Shown here: positions 1-8,193 of the stretch, piece by piece
How the letters are laid out: each line of letters opens with the position of its first letter
Numbering within the stretch: position 1 is the stretch's first letter
Origin: Shewanellaceae bacterium UBA2521
GTDB lineage: Bacteria; Pseudomonadota; Gammaproteobacteria; Enterobacterales; Shewanellaceae
Reading direction: 5' to 3'
Assembly: GCA_002341165.1 (NCBI GenBank)
Contig: DDNL01000009.1
Coordinates: 4,370-19,168, forward strand
DNA length: 14,799 nucleotides
Notes under the pieces: generated by a model
What the model was told of the DNA's origin: nothing
What the model saw: the letters and a program-made list of their open reading frames with translations, nothing else
The model's database searches: none
Program-made: the position numbers and the translations under genes

Positions 1-485
1 ATACCAGCCAGTAGCATCATACTCACAGACACCTGACCATCCACTTTACCCATGTTGTAAATAAGAAGTGTAATAAGCCAGCTCCCCATGAATGCTGAAA
101 TGGGTATAAGCAGTGTACGGACTTCAATAGGCAAACTAGACAAAAAAGTGCTAAAGAACATAATAGCTAGTGCTGCACCTAAACTTGCACCAGCAGAAAC
201 ACCCATAAGACCAGGATCTGCAAGTGGGTTTTTGAACAAGCATTGCATAATAGCACCGCATAAGGCGAGAAGGGCGCCCATACATAAGCATAAAAGTGTT
301 CTTGGCAAACGAATTTCATGTATGATCAAAGCTGTTGTAGACTGTGAATCAGGCTGAATTATGGATTGGAAAAAATCTTGCCAGTCAATTGCAAATGCAC
401 CTGTCCTGATGGATAGACAAGAACATATCAAGATACTCACACACAAACACAACTGTAATAATTTTTGATGAGCTGAACTAAGCAT
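1..485 (-). CDS. hmuU: FecCD-family ABC transporter permease, probable haem/iron (HmuU-like), truncated by window edge
   Basis: Reverse-strand translation from ATG at 485: MLSSAHQKLLQLCLC...IRLPRTLLCLCMGALLALCGAIMQCLFKNPLADPGLMGVSAGASLGAALA, the classic FecCD signature. Adjacent to the binding-protein gene at 486. Not in the ORF track because it runs off the window. Confidence 0.9.
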   Translation of the reverse strand, partial: MLSSAHQKLLQLCLCVSILICSCLSIRTGAFAIDWQDFFQSIIQPDSQSTTALIIHEIRLPRTLLCLCMGALLALCGAIMQCLFKNPLADPGLMGVSAGASLGAALAIMFFSTFLSSLPIEVRTLLIPISAFMGSWLITLLIYNMGKVDGQVSVSMMLLAG

Positions 486-1343
486 TTAACCCTCTTTTTT
501 GGTCAATAAAAATGTATAAAAGCGTTGTGCTTCATTTAAACTCGCGATGCCAAAACCACCGAGGAGTGCATGCGAATCGATCACAAAAATCTTTTTCTGC
601 TTGCCTGCAGGCGTTGCTTTAAGTGTTGGAATTTTATGAAAAATAGATTGAGCTTCTTGTTTGGTTTTATAAGATCTATTCGTCACAACGATCACATTGG
701 GTTGCATATTCAAGATCGCTTCATGCGATATCGGCTTATATTCGTTTAAGTGTGCAGCTACATTTATGCCACCAGCCAGCTCTATGATGCGATGCATGGA
801 CGTGTTCTTACCTGCAGCTCTCAGTTTTCCTTGACTATGTTTGAGTAAAAATAACACCTTTAATTTTTTATTTTGGTGCATCTGCTGTTGCAAAAGTCGG
901 TGTTCTTGTGCTCTGACTTTCTGAATTAAAATCCCTGCTTCTTTTGGCTTGCGAGCAATTTTTGCAATAGCTTCAATGCGGTGAATCAGCTGATCGATTG
1001 AATTCCCCGAAGGATACTGCACAACATGAACTCCTACTTTTTTTAATTGTCGTAGTGTATCTTCATTACCCATAGCGCTAGAGCCTAGAAGGTGGGTTGG
1101 TCTAAGTGACAATACACCTTCAGTGGATAACATCCTATGGTATCCAACATCAGGTAGCGGATTTTTTGGCTGCTGACTTGTCGTATCTACACCTACAAGA
1201 GTACTTTTGGCATCTAATGCATAAAGAATGTCTGTGATTGCAGATCCTGCACTCACTATCCGTACATTAGCGTTCGTTTGTGTAGCTCCATCATGACTAT
1301 ATGCAATCATGAGTCCCCAGAATAAAAAAATAAAATGTTTCAT
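486..1343 (-). CDS. hmuT: Periplasmic haem/iron-binding protein of ABC transporter (HmuT-like, PF01497-type)
   Basis: 285 aa with signal peptide; NVRIVSAGSAITDILYALDAKSTLVGVDTTSQQP..., LRPTHLLGS, LNMQPNVIVVTNRSY. Directly upstream of the FecCD permease. Confidence 0.88.
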   Translation of the reverse strand: MKHFIFLFWGLMIAYSHDGATQTNANVRIVSAGSAITDILYALDAKSTLVGVDTTSQQPKNPLPDVGYHRMLSTEGVLSLRPTHLLGSSAMGNEDTLRQLKKVGVHVVQYPSGNSIDQLIHRIEAIAKIARKPKEAGILIQKVRAQEHRLLQQQMHQNKKLKVLFLLKHSQGKLRAAGKNTSMHRIIELAGGINVAAHLNEYKPISHEAILNMQPNVIVVTNRSYKTKQEAQSIFHKIPTLKATPAGKQKKIFVIDSHALLGGFGIASLNEAQRFYTFLLTKKEG

Positions 1344-1477
1344 AATGCTCTCGAATCCTCCAAAAAAAGTTAATTTTGTGTTTTTTTCTTTGATTATGCT
1401 TTCAGTTTTTTTTAATTAGGTTTAATTTTTTTTAATAAAAAGTTTCAATAAAATAAATATTGAGCTTTAAATGGAAA

Positions 1478-1492
1478 TGATAACAATTATCA
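1478..1492. promoter_or_regulatory. Predicted Fur box
   Basis: TGATAACAATTATCA matches the 7-1-7 Fur consensus TGATAATNATTATCA at 13 of 14 defined positions. It lies between the divergent hmuT and hutZ/hugZ-like genes. Confidence 0.7.
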
Positions 1493-1574
1493 CTTGTGTC
1501 ATCAAATTTATTTCTCTAGTATAAAAATAGTATTAGTTGGTCACTATTTTTTTCAAAAAGAGTTTATATTTATT

Positions 1575-2087
1575 ATGAATATTCATGTAAGAAAAAAGTT
1601 AATGGATGAAATACATGACTTTAGCCAAGAACAGCAAACTTTAATGCTATCTACGGTTGATAAATTAAAGCATCCTCACATGAGTTATGCGTCTTTTGTT
1701 TCTCACAAAGATTGCTTTTATGTGCTTATTTCTACTCAAGCAAAACATACTATTAATTTATTAGATAACCCAAAAGCTGCCGTCATGTTAATTCAAGACG
1801 AAGTCTTTTCTAAACAAATATTTGCGCGTAAAAGAGTCACTTTCAATATCGATTCAAGAGTTATTCAGAGAGATACAAAGGAGTGGCATAAATATCTATA
1901 TCTCATGGAAAATAAGTTTGGAAATATAATTCGGCAACTTTCTAATTTAGCGGATTTTCTACTTTTTGAATTAAAAACTGATCAAGGAAGATATGTAAAA
2001 GGTTTTGGTAAAGCTTATAACATAAGTCATGACCCAAATGCTCAGTTTGAGCATGTAAATCGTGGTCACCAACCCATAAATAAATAA
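1575..2087 (+). CDS. hugZ: HutZ/HugZ-like haem utilisation protein (pyridoxamine 5'-phosphate oxidase-like fold)
   Basis: ATG at 1575 (MNIHVRKKLMDEIHDF...); split-barrel features and C-terminal QGRYVKGFGKAYNI. Located between haem transport genes. The track's upstream TTG start (1494) overlaps the region just after the Fur box and is less likely. Confidence 0.78.
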   Translation: MNIHVRKKLMDEIHDFSQEQQTLMLSTVDKLKHPHMSYASFVSHKDCFYVLISTQAKHTINLLDNPKAAVMLIQDEVFSKQIFARKRVTFNIDSRVIQRDTKEWHKYLYLMENKFGNIIRQLSNLADFLLFELKTDQGRYVKGFGKAYNISHDPNAQFEHVNRGHQPINK

Positions 2088-2148
2088 AGGATTCTTTTTA
2101 ATATAAATAGTCTTTGTTACTTATACTCCATTTTTGAGATTAATTTTT

Positions 2149-4440
2149 ATGATGTTTAAAAAAAATAACCTTGCAATCCTAGTAGGATTTACTTTTTGTA
2201 CACCAAAGCTCTTTGCTCAGGAAGTTCAGCAGTTAGATACTGCCCATATTCAAGCTGAACATGTTGAAGAAGAGGATGTTATTGCGCCTCAAAGCCTTGT
2301 GACATCGGACGCTATTGATCGTGATTTGATACAAGATAGTGTAGATCTCTTTAAACATGATTCTGGTGTTATCATTACAGAAGGATCACGAGGTGGTATT
2401 GCCTCTATTCAAGTTCGTGGTCTTGGTCAGGATCGAGTGAAGGTCATTATGGATGGACAGTCACAATCAACTTTTACTGTGAAGGGTGGTTCTGTCCCTT
2501 ATATTGATTCAAGTATGCAGCTTTCTGATCCTGAATTTATTAAACAAGCTAAAGCCATCAAGGGTGCGCAGTCGAGTCGTTATGGTTCTGGAGCTATGGC
2601 CGGTGTTGTTAAAATTGATACCAAAGATCCCGAAGACTTAACGAAAGGTAAACCTTTCGGTGGATACCTTAAATCTGGCTATCGATCCAAAGATGCATCC
2701 TTTAAGCAAACACTAGGGTTGGCGACAGAACATGAATCTTTTAGAAGTTTATTGATGCTATCTTATTTACAAGGTGAAGAATTACAGCGTTCAAGTGATT
2801 TCATCTATCAATCAAATGATACAAAGTATTTAGAAAAAAAGAACCTAAATATCCTAGCTAAAATGGCTTACCGTCTAAATGATAGCCATGATCTTAAAAC
2901 CTATTATCTTTCATCACATGGTGATAATGAATCTGACTTAATCCACACAACGAAAAAAGACTACCATTCTGACGACCAAAACAGAAGATACCAGATAGGT
3001 TTAAGTCACGATTGGAATCAAGACTTAACGGTGGCAGACCATATCAAAACACAAGTGACATGGTCAGAGAAAAAGAATCAACAAAAGACAAGCTGGCTTG
3101 AACTTGGATCTCAAGCTCAAGCTCAATCTCCACATGGGCATGTTCATGGGCATGGTGCAGGTGATCATGCACATGGTACAGCCGGTCATGCACATGGGCA
3201 TGTTCATGCACATGGTACAGGCGATCATGCACATGGTACAGCCGGTCATGCACATGGTGCAGGTGGTCATGCACATGGTGCGAATCAAGCAAAAACAGAT
3301 GTAAAAGATAAGTCTAAGCTTAAGGATTATCGCTATAAATCAACCCACCTTTCTATAAAAATCGATGCGGACAAGAAGAACGACGTTTTTGATACGCATT
3401 ATGGTGTAAGTTTTGATACCATCAAGAATGCGAATGATAATACCGAGTATACGACTGTTGACGGCAAAAGGTCTCAAAGGAATATTTTTTATACACCAGA
3501 AGTTAGCACAAACCTTTATGCGGGATACGTTTCAACGGATATTAAATTGTTCGAAGAACAGCTTATCGTGAAGCCATCGATAAGGTATGACTATGTTGGT
3601 ATCAAGCCCCAGAGAGCATCTTTATCAGCAGCAATCAACAAGAAAACGCCTGATTATACATTTTCGCATGTGAGTAAAGGGCTGGCTTTAGAGTGGTTGC
3701 CGACACAACAACACAAGCTTGTTTTATCTGTCAAGGAAGGTTTTAGAACTCCATCTTATCACGATTTATTTTTCCAATGGGAAAACCCGGCATATCAATA
3801 TGCAGTGGTACCTAGTGCTGATTTAAAAGAAGAGACCGCGATCAATTACGGTATAGATTATACCTATAACTCTTTGCAGTCTCGCACGTCGTTAAGGTTA
3901 TTCTACAGTGATTACGATGATTTTATTGATACAAATTCAACAAAAGAAGATGGTATATCTATACAACGTAATACCAATATTGCTAAAGCAACCATTAAAG
4001 GTATTGAGTTTTCTCATGTTGTTTATTGGCAAAGTGACTTAGCTACAGCAGAAGGATTTTCAACAGGTTTCTCTGCTCAATACTACAAAGGTAAAGATCA
4101 GCACGGAAATCGTCTCAGCAGCGTTTCGCCTTGGTCAATGAATTTAAATCTGAGCTATGATGGCGTAGGCAAGATGTGGGGTACAGGCCTTAAAACAACT
4201 TATACAGCGAAGTCAAGCAGTGTTAGTAAGAATAGCATTGAGATTCCAAGCGTAAAGATGATGGACTTTACCCTTTATTATAAGCCTATCGAGCGCATAA
4301 AATTGACGGCTGGAGTCTTCAATATTTTAGATCAAGAGGTTTACAAATGGACAGAAGTCAAAGATGCAAGTAAGCCTTTGACAGATAGAATGAAGCAAGC
4401 AGGGCGTAACTACGGTCTTTCTATTGCTTACCAATTTTAA
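2149..4440 (+). CDS. TonB-dependent outer-membrane receptor (haem/hemoprotein or ZnuD-like zinc/haem type) with His-rich insert
   Basis: Plug domain SIQVRGLGQDRVKVIMDGQSQS...IKGAQSSRYGSGAMAGVVKIDTKDP; barrel motif FRTPSYHDLFFQWENP; C-terminal ...YGLSIAYQF ending in aromatic F. Start could be 2149 or 2152. Confidence 0.9.
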   Translation: MMFKKNNLAILVGFTFCTPKLFAQEVQQLDTAHIQAEHVEEEDVIAPQSLVTSDAIDRDLIQDSVDLFKHDSGVIITEGSRGGIASIQVRGLGQDRVKVIMDGQSQSTFTVKGGSVPYIDSSMQLSDPEFIKQAKAIKGAQSSRYGSGAMAGVVKIDTKDPEDLTKGKPFGGYLKSGYRSKDASFKQTLGLATEHESFRSLLMLSYLQGEELQRSSDFIYQSNDTKYLEKKNLNILAKMAYRLNDSHDLKTYYLSSHGDNESDLIHTTKKDYHSDDQNRRYQIGLSHDWNQDLTVADHIKTQVTWSEKKNQQKTSWLELGSQAQAQSPHGHVHGHGAGDHAHGTAGHAHGHVHAHGTGDHAHGTAGHAHGAGGHAHGANQAKTDVKDKSKLKDYRYKSTHLSIKIDADKKNDVFDTHYGVSFDTIKNANDNTEYTTVDGKRSQRNIFYTPEVSTNLYAGYVSTDIKLFEEQLIVKPSIRYDYVGIKPQRASLSAAINKKTPDYTFSHVSKGLALEWLPTQQHKLVLSVKEGFRTPSYHDLFFQWENPAYQYAVVPSADLKEETAINYGIDYTYNSLQSRTSLRLFYSDYDDFIDTNSTKEDGISIQRNTNIAKATIKGIEFSHVVYWQSDLATAEGFSTGFSAQYYKGKDQHGNRLSSVSPWSMNLNLSYDGVGKMWGTGLKTTYTAKSSSVSKNSIEIPSVKMMDFTLYYKPIERIKLTAGVFNILDQEVYKWTEVKDASKPLTDRMKQAGRNYGLSIAYQF
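3131..3285 (+). repeat. In-frame tandem repeat encoding a His/Gly-rich loop
   Basis: 60-bp unit 3131-3190 repeated at 3191-3250 with 4 mismatches, plus shorter related units to ~3285. Encodes HGHVHGHGAGDHAHGTAGHAHGHVHAHGTGDHAHGTAGHAHGAGGHAHG. Confidence 0.9.
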
Positions 4441-4513
4441 ATCAAATTGTTTTGTAAATTGATACCTGATTTTTGTGATATAAATCTTAAACATCATTTA
4501 CGAGCAAGACGCT

Positions 4514-4551
4514 AAAAAATAGCGAAGGTCAGGTTACCTTCGCTATTTTTT
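4514..4551 (+). terminator. Rho-independent terminator after the TonB receptor
   Basis: AAAAAATAGCGAAGGT-CAGGTT-ACCTTCGCTATTTTTT followed by TT. Confidence 0.9.
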
Positions 4552-4965
4552 TTGTGCTACACCTATGATGATAGGTGCTGCTTTATTGACTTAATCGTTG
4601 CATATCTAAAAAATGTTGTACGATAATGCACTAAAATTTATATGATAAAAGTAAGCGGTATGCATAATATTTCTTCAACCAATTTATTTCGTATTATTAA
4701 TAAAGCACCTAATAAAGAGATACCCAACTAACATCACTCTATTTAAGTTCATTCAACGAAACCTTTTGACTAAATCATTAAATGGATATCTTTGGAGAAA
4801 ATACAAGACATCCATAGAGTTTAGTTACACCCCAAAAATATATATTTTTTGTTTTTTTTGTTTTTATTTTGTTTTGTTTTTGTTTTTTTATTTTTTTATG
4901 TTAAGTTAAATGCGCCATCAAAATATGGTTAAAAATAAATTTAAAAAAATAAAGAGGATGTTAAA

Positions 4966-5133
4966 ATGAAAGTCATTCAAAAAGAAAATTTATCTCAAGT
5001 TTCCGGTGGTTTTTTAGAGACTCTATTTGTCTCAACTTTTATTGCTACTGTCGTCAATATGATTACAGAAGATGAACCATCTGTAATTGTCGCTTATGAT
5101 AGCAGCAAAGAAGGTTGGATTAATAATAGATAG
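4966..5133 (+). CDS. Small double-glycine-leader peptide precursor (bacteriocin/microcin-like or signalling peptide)
   Basis: Direct translation: MKVIQKENLSQVSGGFLETLFVSTFIATVVNMITEDEPSVIVAYDSSKEGWINNR* (55 aa). Strong RBS-like AAAGAGG at 4951-4957. Leader matches the LS.VSGG double-glycine consensus. Absent from the ORF track. Confidence 0.75.
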   Translation: MKVIQKENLSQVSGGFLETLFVSTFIATVVNMITEDEPSVIVAYDSSKEGWINNR

Positions 5134-5301
5134 TAAATCATTTACATACAATAAAACCAAGACATCCATCTAAAAAAATCGATCTAAGTTTGACGTATTT
5201 TATGTAAAAACTTATTGAATTAATCATTTAATGGGTGTCTTTGGTTTATTACTTTGATGATAATGATTACATTATTTTATGACCTGTGCATGCTATATAA
5301 A

Positions 5302-5330
5302 AACTGAAGCTTGTTAAACAAGCTTCAGTT
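5302..5330 (-). terminator. Hairpin, likely terminator reading on the minus strand
   Basis: AACTGAAGCTTG-TTAAA-CAAGCTTCAGTT; on the reverse strand the stem is followed by a short T-run (CAGTTTTTATATA). Confidence 0.5.
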
Positions 5331-5365
5331 ATATCGACGTATCAATAAAAATCATAAAAAAGGTG

Positions 5366-6333
5366 TTATGCTCTGTTCAGCCAGATAGTTTTGAAACGCT
5401 TTTGCTAAATATTGAGCACCTTGGTCGCTATGAAACAGCAAAGGCTCCGTCGGCTTACGCAGGTTGATGGCCATTCTTAAAGCTTCGAGCACCAAGTTGG
5501 TGTTTTGGGTAGATTAAATACGCCAGCCAATGACTCGGCGAGAATGCAAATCCGTCACCACCGCCAAATAGCACCAACCTTCTGCGGTTCGCAAGTAAGT
5601 GACATCGCCAGCCCAAGCTTGATTGACAGACTCAGGGTTAAAGCGTTGATTCAACTCTTTTTGAGCTTCTGTTTTGGGTTTAATGAGCGATAAGGGCTTT
5701 TTCGGCGCTGTTTGACCACCAAACCCAGCTTGTTCATGAGACTTCTGGTCTTATAACGGCCAATTTTAAAGCCCTCACGGCGCAAATGCTGCATCATTTG
5801 CCTTGAGCCTAAGCTTTGACGGCTGGCTTTAAAAAGCGCCTTACAACGCGATTCCAGTACTTTTTGGGCAACATAAGGCTGCGATTCTGGCTTCTTGAAC
5901 CAATCGTAAAAGGCGCTGCGACTTACTTTCAAGACCTGACACATCAGCAAAACCGGGTAAACCGCCTGATAAGTCTCAATGAAGCGGTACTTTACTTCAT
6001 TTCTTTGGCAAAAAATGCGCTGGCTTTTTTTAAGATTTCATGCTCTTGCTGCAAACGCTTATTTTCACGGCGTAAGCGCATTAATTCAGCGCGTTCTTCG
6101 GGTCTTAAAGCTCCTTCAGCCTGGTTTTTCTCGTACTTGACCTTCCAATTAGAAAGGATTTTTGCGGTCACGCCCACAGTTTCAGAAGCCTCTTTTAGGC
6201 TATAATTATGCTCTAAAACCAGTCTGACTGCTTTGTCTTTAAATTCCTGAGTATAGGTCCTATATTTGCGTTTTTCTGTCATGATCACCTCGGATTGAGT
6301 GTTTATTGTCCACCATTTAAATGTCCGGTTCAA
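5366..6333 (-). pseudogene. Decayed IS3-family transposase (orfA largely intact, orfB frameshifted and 3'-truncated)
   Basis: OrfA 5992-6300 (MTEKRKYRTYTQEFKDKAVRLVLEHNYSLKEASETVGV...RLRRENKRLQQEHEILKKASAFF). OrfB pieces in different frames: VSRSAFYDWFKKPES..., [54 protein letters not shown], and LVLEALRMAINLRKPTEPLLFHSDQGAQYLAKAFQNYLAEQSITP, then homology ends. Confidence 0.88.
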
Positions 6334-6435
6334 TTAGACCATAATAGTCTTATATTTGCGTTTTTCTGTCATGATTACCTCGGGTTGAGTTTTTATTATC
6401 CACTATTTAAATGTCCGGTTCAATTAGACCATAAT
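6261..6435. repeat. 90-bp-period tandem duplication of the IS3-like right end
   Basis: tatatttgcgtttttctgtcatgatcacctcggattgag...ccatttaaatgtccggttcaattagaccataata at 6261-6345 repeats at 6351-6435 with 5 mismatches. Confidence 0.9.
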
Positions 6436-6444
6436 ATAGCCCAA

Positions 6445-6474
6445 AAACCTGTAAATACCCTTATTTACAGGTTT
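6445..6474. repeat. Perfect 13-bp inverted repeat (hairpin)
   Basis: AAACCTGTAAATA-CCCT-TATTTACAGGTTT. Confidence 0.85.
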
Positions 6475-6587
6475 AGTAAGATATTGTGTGATGTAAATCG
6501 AGGATTAGTTATTATTATATGACTTATAGATACACTTAACATAAAATACCGCTTAAGTTGTTGTTTTTAAACGAAAAAGAGGTCGTT

Positions 6588-7682
6588 ATGGTGAGTTTTC
6601 TCCGTATTTATAGTGTTTTGGGATTAATGGTAGTAACTTCGGTATTTGCTGAAACTAAAGAGCAGCAAACGAAGCGAACTCTATTACCTATGCACCAATA
6701 TTTATCTCAAGATGAATTATGGTTATCAGCTAAAGATGACATGCATGATAATGATATTAAAACCGTTGCAGTTTATTTCAATGGGCGCACTACACAGGAT
6801 GTCACTCAAGGTCAAGTTGATACGTTTCAATATGCCATTGAAAATAAAATCCAAAATACGGGTTTTACTGTTCGAACATGTATTGAATGTACCAAACAAC
6901 GCGTCCATTTAAGTAAGAAAAAAATAAAATACAAAACCGGTATAGAAAACAACCAAGAACTGCGTTCTTTAGGTAAAAATATTAACGTCGATGCTTTTTT
7001 AGTCTGGCGTTTATCTAAAAACTTCGATGGCTATGATTTAAATATGAAGATTATTAATGCACACACAAATAAGGTTGTGTGGATTCGTAGTTTTCAAGCA
7101 GATACAGCAGCTAAAGAAATCAAAGAGATTAAATATCCTTCACAATGGGGAGTTGCTATTGGTCACTTAGGTTTAAAAGGTGAAGCAAATATTCCTTTCA
7201 ATCCAAATATTGATGGTAGTGGTCAGTGGAAAGATCGTTTTAGCACGGTTCGCGATATCAGTATTCGTTACTACACGCGTCACAAGCCAGGTGAAAATCT
7301 TCATTACGCTATTATCGGTAACTTTTTTATGAGCGTTCCAGAAGCAGACCAAACTGCTAAGGACTTGAAAGGTCTGGGCAAAGCTGACTTTTCTGTACAA
7401 GGCGTTGGTCTTGAAGGACGTGTTTTATACAACTTTTCTCAGGACACTTTTCTAAATCCAAGTGCCTATGTTGGTGTTGGTATTTCCAGTGTAAATGAAA
7501 GACAAAAAATAAGTGCACGAACAGGGTTTGAATTTGCCTTCATGGAAAATGCGTTTGTTGATGTTGGCCTCATTTATATTGACCCTGTTGAGTACGAGTT
7601 CAAAGAGAACAATTGGTCGCAAGATAAAGCAAAATTTGCTGACTCAATCGGTACAGATTTTACCATTGGTATAAGGTTTTAA
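6588..7682 (+). CDS. Putative outer-membrane protein: signal peptide, CsgG/FlgO-like N-terminal domain, C-terminal beta-barrel-like region
   Basis: MVSFLRIYSVLGLMVVTSVFAE signal; KTVAVYFNGR...LGKNINVDAFLVWRLSKNFDGYDLNMKIINAHTNKVVWIRSF resembles FlgO/CsgG-type domains; C-terminal alternating strands NPSAYVGVGISSVNERQKISARTGFEF...FTIGIRF ending in F. Confidence 0.6.
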   Translation: MVSFLRIYSVLGLMVVTSVFAETKEQQTKRTLLPMHQYLSQDELWLSAKDDMHDNDIKTVAVYFNGRTTQDVTQGQVDTFQYAIENKIQNTGFTVRTCIECTKQRVHLSKKKIKYKTGIENNQELRSLGKNINVDAFLVWRLSKNFDGYDLNMKIINAHTNKVVWIRSFQADTAAKEIKEIKYPSQWGVAIGHLGLKGEANIPFNPNIDGSGQWKDRFSTVRDISIRYYTRHKPGENLHYAIIGNFFMSVPEADQTAKDLKGLGKADFSVQGVGLEGRVLYNFSQDTFLNPSAYVGVGISSVNERQKISARTGFEFAFMENAFVDVGLIYIDPVEYEFKENNWSQDKAKFADSIGTDFTIGIRF

Positions 7683-7689
7683 GGTGAAG

Positions 7690-8193
7690 ATGATGAAATT
7701 AAACACACTTTTAATTATGACGATGGTCGCTTTAACCGCTACAGCGGCGTCGGCTGAAGAAGCGAGTTCAACGTCTGAAAAACAGCAGAAAAAATCAAAG
7801 ATGATGAATGTGAATGTGAAAGGTCAAGGCAACATGTATAACTCGGATGTTGATTTTGATTTAAACGATCCAAACGTCATCGTTACGATTGAAACAGATG
7901 AAACAGATGAAACAGAAGACAGTATGTTCGATGAGAAAAAAGCGAATAAATTGCATAGTAAAGCTCAAAAGTTAGCGCGAACGGGTCGTTACCAAGAAGC
8001 CTTAACTTTGCTTAAAGAAGCTGAGACTTTAACAGAAAACCCAGCAAAAATTTTATCGTTGCAAGGGAGCGCTCTATACAAATTAAATCGAATTGATAGT
8101 GCGAAAGATGCGTGGAATGAATCACTACGACACGACTCAAAACAGCCTGAAATTAAACGGATGTTGTCTTGGTTAGAGAAGGAGAAGTCATAA
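7690..8193 (+). CDS. Exported TPR-containing small protein
   Basis: Signal peptide MMKLNTLLIMTMVALTATAASAEE; C-terminal TPR-like KLHSKAQKLARTGRYQEALTLLKEAETLTENPAKILSLQGSALYKLNRIDSAKDAWNESLRHD. 7 nt after the previous gene. Confidence 0.65.
   Translation: MMKLNTLLIMTMVALTATAASAEEASSTSEKQQKKSKMMNVNVKGQGNMYNSDVDFDLNDPNVIVTIETDETDETEDSMFDEKKANKLHSKAQKLARTGRYQEALTLLKEAETLTENPAKILSLQGSALYKLNRIDSAKDAWNESLRHDSKQPEIKRMLSWLEKEKS

Noticed and set aside
88-357. Track ORF of 89 aa on the plus strand
   Set aside because: It is antisense to a clear FecCD permease reading frame on the minus strand; no RBS or recognisable motif.
3044-3304. Three track ORFs (two minus, one plus) rich in His/Met/Val
   Set aside because: These are alternate-frame readings of the His-rich tandem repeat within the TonB receptor; low complexity only.
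4660-4731. Tiny ORF MHNISSTNLFRIINKAPNKEIPN
   Set aside because: 23 aa, no recognisable leader or motif; cannot be distinguished from chance in AT-rich DNA.
5257-5272. Second Fur box (TGATAATGATTACAT)
   Set aside because: Only the left half matches well; the right half deviates at several positions, and no gene start follows closely on either strand.
5816-6205. Plus-strand 129-aa track ORF
   Set aside because: Antisense to the IS3-family orfA/orfB sequence; no independent support.
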